Shown here one piece after another: positions 14,804 to 18,239 of a stretch of 18,239 nt of DNA; positions within the stretch are counted from its first letter, which is position 1, and each line of letters starts with the position of its first letter. The position numbers and the translations under genes are program-made. Where the stretch lies: the IMG/VR virus record IMGVR_UViG_2713896729_000006, positions 1 through 18,239 of that record, one strand, 5' to 3'. The stretch comes from a virus (lineage: Duplodnaviria > Heunggongvirae > Uroviricota > Caudoviricetes). The notes under the pieces were generated by a model, which worked only from the letters and a program-made list of their open reading frames with translations, was not told where the DNA came from and made no database searches.

Positions 14804-15212
14804 ATCAGGCGGTACAGCCATTCAGGCCGCTGCGGCGAAATTCCATTTTGCAACCGGAGGATTTACGGGAACCGGCGGCAAATATGAGCCAGCGGGGATT
14901 GTTCACCGTGGTGAATTTGTCTTCACGAAGGAGGCAACCAGCCGGATTGGTGTCGGCAACCTGTACCGCCTGATGCGGGGCTATGCGGAAGGTGGTTATG
15001 TGGGCGGTGCCGGAAGTCCGGCGCAGATGCGGCGGGCTGAAGGCATTAATTTTAATCAGAACAATCACGTGGTGATTCAGAACGACGGTACGAATGGTCT
15101 GCCAGGTCCACAGATGATGAAGGCGGTGTATGACATGGCCCGCAAGGGTGCCCGTGATGAAATCCAGGCACAGATGCGCGATGGTGGTCTGTTCTCCGGA
15201 GGTGGACGATGA
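14804..15212 (+). CDS. H: Lambda-like tail tape measure protein H, C-terminal fragment (5' end missing at the N-run)
   Basis: In-frame translation ...GGFTGTGGKYEPAGIVHRGEFVFTKEATSRIGVGNLYRLMRGYAEGGYVGG...MRDGGLFSGGGR matches the C-terminal end of lambda gpH. Stop overlaps the M start (ATGA). Confidence 0.8.
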
Positions 15213-15538
15213 AAACCTTCCGCTGGAAAGTGAAACCCGGTATGGATGTGGCTTCGGCCCCTTCTGTAAGAAAGGTGCGCTTTGGTGATGGCTATTCCCA
15301 GCGAGCGCCTGCCGGGCTGAATGCCAACCTGAAAACGTACAGCGTGACGCTTTCTGTCCCCCGTGAGGAGGCCACGGTACTGGAGTCGTTTCTGGAAGAG
15401 CACGGGGGCTGGAAATCCTTTCTGTGGACGCCGCCTTATGAGTGGCGGCAGATAAAGGTGACCTGCGCAAAATGGTCGTCGCGGGTCAGTATGCTGCGTG
15501 TTGAGTTCAGCGCAGAGTTTGAACAGGTGGTGAACTGA
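15209..15538 (+). CDS. M: Lambda-like minor tail protein M (109 aa)
   Basis: MKTFRWKVKPGMDVASAPSVRKVRFGDGYSQRAPAGLNANLKTYSVTLSVP... matches lambda gpM in sequence, size and position. Confidence 0.92.
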   Translation: MKTFRWKVKPGMDVASAPSVRKVRFGDGYSQRAPAGLNANLKTYSVTLSVPREEATVLESFLEEHGGWKSFLWTPPYEWRQIKVTCAKWSSRVSMLRVEFSAEFEQVVN

Positions 15539-16236
15539 TGCAGGATATCCGGCAGGAAACACTGAATGAATGCACCCGTGCGGAGCAGTCGGCCAGCGTG
15601 GTGCTCTGGGAAATCGATCTGACAGAGGTCGGTGGAGAACGTTATTTTTTCTGTAATGAGCAGAACGAAAAAGGTGAGCCGGTCACCTGGCAGGGGCGAC
15701 AGTATCAGGCGTATCCCATTCAGGGGAGTGGTTTTGAACTGAATGGCAAAGGCACCAGTACGCGCCCCACGCTGATGGTTTCTAACCTGTACGGTATGGT
15801 CACCGGGATGGCGGAAGATCTACAGAGTCTGGTCGGCGGAACGGTGGTCCGGCGTAAGGTTTACGCCCGTTTTCTGGATGCGGTGAACTTCGTCAACGGA
15901 AACAGTGACGCCGATCCGGAGCAGGAGGTGATCAGCCGCTGGCGCATCGAGCAGTGCAGCGAACTGAGCGCGGTGAGTGCCTCTTTTGTACTGTCCACGC
16001 CGACGGAAACGGACGGCGCTGTTTTTCCGGGACGTATCATGCTGGCCAACACCTGCACCTGGACCTATCGCGGTGATGAGTGCGGTTATCACGGTCCGGC
16101 GGTCGCGGATGAATATGATCAGCCGACGTCCGATATCACGAAGGATAAATGCAGCAAATGCCTGAGTGGCTGTAAGTTTCGCAATAATGTCGGCAACTTT
16201 GGCAGCTTCCTTTCCATTAACAAACTTTCGCAGTAA
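15538..16236 (+). CDS. L: Lambda-like minor tail protein L (232 aa)
   Basis: MQDIRQETLNECTRAEQSASVVLWEIDLTEVGGERYFFCNEQNEKGEPVTWQGRQYQAYPIQGSGFELNGKG... matches lambda gpL. Start overlaps the M stop by one base (TGATG). Confidence 0.92.
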   Translation: MQDIRQETLNECTRAEQSASVVLWEIDLTEVGGERYFFCNEQNEKGEPVTWQGRQYQAYPIQGSGFELNGKGTSTRPTLMVSNLYGMVTGMAEDLQSLVGGTVVRRKVYARFLDAVNFVNGNSDADPEQEVISRWRIEQCSELSAVSASFVLSTPTETDGAVFPGRIMLANTCTWTYRGDECGYHGPAVADEYDQPTSDITKDKCSKCLSGCKFRNNVGNFGSFLSINKLSQ

Positions 16237-16284
16237 ATCCCATGACAGAGACAGAATCAGCGATTCTGGCGCACGCCCGGCGAT

Positions 16285-16986
16285 GTGCGCCAGCGGAAGT
16301 CGTGCGGCTTCGTGGTGAGAACGCCGGAGGGGGAAAGATATTTTCCCTGCGTGAATATTTCCGGTGAGCCGGAGGATTATTTCCGGATGGCTCCGGAGGA
16401 CTGGCTGCAGGCAGAAATGCAGGGTGAGATTGTGGCGCTGGTCCACAGCCACCCCGGTGGTCTGCCCTGGCTGAGTGAGGCTGACCGGCGGCTGCAGGTG
16501 CAGAGTGATTTGCCGTGGTTGCTGGTCTGCCGGGGGGCGATTCATAAGTTCCGCTGTGTGCCGCATCTCACCGGGCGGCGCTTTGAGCACGGGGTGACGG
16601 ACTGTTACACGCTGTTCCGGGATGCTTATCATCTGGCGGGGATTGAGATGCCGGATTTTCATCGCGAGGATGACTGGTGGCGTCACGGTCAGAATCTCTA
16701 TCTGGATAATCTGGAGGCCACAGGGCTGTATCAGGTGCCGTTGTCATCAGCACAACCGGGCGATGTGCTGCTGTGCTGTTTTGGTTCATCGGTGCCGAAT
16801 CATGCCGCCATTTACTGTGGTGACGGTGAGCTGCTGCACCATATTCCTGAACAACTGAGTAAACGAGAGAGGTACACCGACAAATGGCAGCGACGCACAC
16901 ACTCCCTCTGGCGTCACCGGGCATGGCACGCATCTGCCTTTACGGGGATTTACAACGATTTGGCCGCCGCATCGACCTTCGTGTGA
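16285..16986 (+). CDS. K: Lambda-like tail tip assembly protein K (MPN/JAMM plus NlpC/P60 domains); start uncertain
   Basis: JAMM motif HSHPGGLPWLSEAD and downstream NlpC/P60-like region. The ORF opens at a GTG at 16285; an internal ATG at 16387 has a GGAGGA SD and would give a 199-aa product; an ATG at 16242 is in a different frame. Confidence 0.85.
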   Translation: MRQRKSCGFVVRTPEGERYFPCVNISGEPEDYFRMAPEDWLQAEMQGEIVALVHSHPGGLPWLSEADRRLQVQSDLPWLLVCRGAIHKFRCVPHLTGRRFEHGVTDCYTLFRDAYHLAGIEMPDFHREDDWWRHGQNLYLDNLEATGLYQVPLSSAQPGDVLLCCFGSSVPNHAAIYCGDGELLHHIPEQLSKRERYTDKWQRRTHSLWRHRAWHASAFTGIYNDLAAASTFV

Positions 16987-17531
16987 AAACGGGGGCTGAA
17001 GCCATCCGGGCGCTGGCCATGCAGAACCCGGCGTTTCGTCAGAAACTGAGCGACGGCTGGTACCAGGTACGCATTGCCGGGCGTGATGCAGGTGAAACCG
17101 AATTGTCTGCCCGTCTTAATGAGCCGCTGGCAAATGGTGCCGTGATCCACATCGTGCCGCGTCTGGCGGGAGCTAAAAGTGGCGGTGTGTTTCAGGTGGT
17201 GCTGGGGGCGGCGCTGATTGCGGTGGCATGGTGGAACCCTGTGGGCTGGCTGGGTGCCGCGGCTGTATCGGGCATGTATGCGGCAGGGGCCAGTATGATC
17301 CTGGGCGGAGTGGCGCAGATGCTGGCACCGAAAGCCAGGACGCCCACGGCAGCAAGTACAGATAACGGCAAACAGAACACCTATTTCTCGTCACTGGATA
17401 ACATGGTTGCCCAGGGCAATGTTCTGCCCGTTCTGTACGGTGAAATGCGCGTGGGGTCGCGGGTGGTATCTCAGGAAATCAGCACGGCAGACGAAGGGGA
17501 CGGTGGTCAGGTTGTGGTGATTGGTCGCTGA
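16884..17531 (+). CDS. I: Lambda-like tail assembly protein I (215 aa)
   Basis: MAATHTLPLASPGMARICLYGDLQRFGRRIDLRVKTGAEAIRAL...NGKQNTYFSSLDNMVAQGNVLPVLYGEMRVGSRVVSQEISTADEGDGGQVVVIGR matches lambda gpI. The 5' end overlaps the K 3' end in another frame. Confidence 0.9.
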   Translation: MAATHTLPLASPGMARICLYGDLQRFGRRIDLRVKTGAEAIRALAMQNPAFRQKLSDGWYQVRIAGRDAGETELSARLNEPLANGAVIHIVPRLAGAKSGGVFQVVLGAALIAVAWWNPVGWLGAAAVSGMYAAGASMILGGVAQMLAPKARTPTAASTDNGKQNTYFSSLDNMVAQGNVLPVLYGEMRVGSRVVSQEISTADEGDGGQVVVIGR

Positions 17532-17549
17532 TGCAAAACATTTTATGTG

Positions 17550-17576
17550 AAACCGCCTGCGGGCGGTTTTGTCGTT
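17550..17576 (+). terminator. Terminator-like GC hairpin with T-run between I and J
   Basis: AAACCGCC, loop TGCG, GGCGGTTT, then TGTCGTTT, 19 nt after the I stop. Confidence 0.4.
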
Positions 17577-17591
17577 TATGGAGCGTGACGA

Positions 17592-17837
17592 ATGGGTAAA
17601 GGCAGCAGTAAGGGGCATACCCCGCGCGAAGCGAAGGACAACCTGAAATCATCCCAGATGCTGAGCGTGATAGACGCCATCAGTGAAGGGCCGATTGAAG
17701 GTCCGGTGGATGGATTAAAAAGCGTACTGCTGAACAGTACGCCGGTGCTGGACAGTGAGGGGAATACCAACATCGCCGGTGTCACGGTGGTGTTCCGGGC
17801 TGGTGAGCAGGAGCAGACTCCGCCGGAGGGATTTGAA
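17592..17837 (+). CDS. J: Lambda-like host specificity / central tail fibre protein J, N-terminal fragment (82 codons), interrupted at an N-run followed by IS1
   Basis: MGKGSSKGHTPREAKDNLKSSQMLSVIDAISEGPIEGPVDGLKSVLLNSTPVLDSEGNTNIAGVTVVFRAGEQEQTPPEGFE matches the gpJ N-terminus. The frame runs into the N-run at 17838. Confidence 0.88.
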
Positions 17838-17847
17838 NNNNNNNNNN
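17838..17847. other. Run of 10 N (gap or masked junction) at the J/IS1 boundary
   Basis: Exactly ten ambiguous bases immediately before the IS1 terminal sequence. Confidence 0.95.
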
Positions 17848-18239
17848 GTAATGACTCCAACTTATTGATAGTGTTTTATGTTCAGATAATGCCCGATGAC
17901 TTTGTCATGAAGCTCCACCGATTTTGAGAACGACAGCGACTTCCGTCCCAGCCGTGCCAGGTGCTGCCTCAGATTCAGGTTATGCCGCTCAATTCGCTGC
18001 GTATATCGCTTGCTGATTACGTGCAGCTTTCCCTTCAGGCGGGATTCATACAGCGGCCAGCCATCCGTCATCCATATCACCACGTCAAAGGGTGACAGCA
18101 GGCTCATAAGACGCCCCAGCGTCGCCATAGTGCGTTCACCGAATACGTGCGCAACAACCGTCTTCCGGAGCCTGTCATACGCGTAAAACAGCCAGCGCTG
18201 GCGCGATTTAGCCCCGACATAGCCCCACTGTTCGTCCAT
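17848..18239 (-). mobile_element. IS1 terminus and adjoining part of the element (continues beyond the window)
   Basis: GTAATGACTCCAACTTATTGATAGTGTTTTATGTTCAGATAATGCCCGATGAC... is the IS1 terminal inverted repeat region, followed by insB coding sequence on the minus strand. Confidence 0.9.
17862..18239 (-). CDS. insB: IS1 transposase InsB, C-terminal 125 codons (5' part outside the window)
   Basis: [125 protein letters not shown] matches IS1 InsB. The window ends at an internal Met codon. Confidence 0.9.
   Translation of the reverse strand: MDEQWGYVGAKSRQRWLFYAYDRLRKTVVAHVFGERTMATLGRLMSLLSPFDVVIWMTDGWPLYESRLKGKLHVISKRYTQRIERHNLNLRQHLARLGRKSLSFSKSVELHDKVIGHYLNIKHYQ

Noticed and set aside
14128-14853. 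241-aa minus-strand ORF containing X residues
   Set aside because: It spans four N10 runs and stitches together unrelated blocks (REP, Rhs fragment, lambdoid fragment); an artefact of reading through gaps.
14589-15212. 207-aa plus-strand ORF apparently fusing the gpI N-terminus to the gpH C-terminus
   Set aside because: The two halves are separated by the N-run at 14794-14803 and come from different genes. Reported instead as a K/I fragment (14532-14793) and an H 3' fragment (14804-15212).
14805-15562. Minus-strand ORFs of 221 and 161 aa antisense to the H/M/L tail genes
   Set aside because: They lie entirely opposite well-supported lambda tail genes in GC-rich sequence, where long spurious antisense ORFs are expected; no motifs or ribosome-binding context.
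16568-17394. Small ORFs on both strands within the K and I genes (62-121 aa)
   Set aside because: Embedded in alternative frames of confidently identified lambda tail genes; no independent signals.
1-18239. CRISPR array, tRNA or rRNA genes
   Set aside because: No regularly spaced direct repeats with unique spacers, no cloverleaf-compatible tRNA-like segment next to the integrase inside the window, and no rRNA-like conserved stretches were seen.

Overview
The window looks like an Escherichia coli-type accessory region with four parts. (1) 1-4.7 kb: an integrase-led island module on the + strand (tyrosine integrase, a 146-aa protein, an AlpA-like HTH protein, a 284-aa protein, a serine-recombinase-like protein with substituted catalytic arginines, and a YagK/YfjJ-family protein). 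By gene sizes and order this resembles the integrase end of the K-12 CP4-6 cryptic prophage. (2) 5.7-11.7 kb, minus strand: a translationally coupled three-gene operon encoding an MmeI-family N6-adenine DNA methyltransferase (935 aa), an SF2 DEAD/DEAH helicase (681 aa) and a GIY-YIG/T5orf172-like protein (392 aa), preceded by a convergent Bro-N-domain gene. This is the most interesting candidate: it reads like a split restriction-type defence module, and I cannot assign it to a named characterised system from memory. (3) 12.0-13.95 kb: a degenerate IS66-family element (tnpA intact, tnpB and tnpC fused by an internal deletion, right end missing). (4) 14.1-18.2 kb: short repeat fragments (unknown gene start, REP/BIME, Rhs core, a second copy of a lambdoid K/I junction) separated by exact 10-N runs, then lambda-like tail genes H(3' part)-M-L-K-I-J(5' part), with J interrupted at an N10 run followed directly by an IS1 terminus and partial insB. 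No rRNA, tRNA or CRISPR array was seen. All calls come from reading the sequence and the ORF translations; family names are from recalled motifs, and no database search was run.
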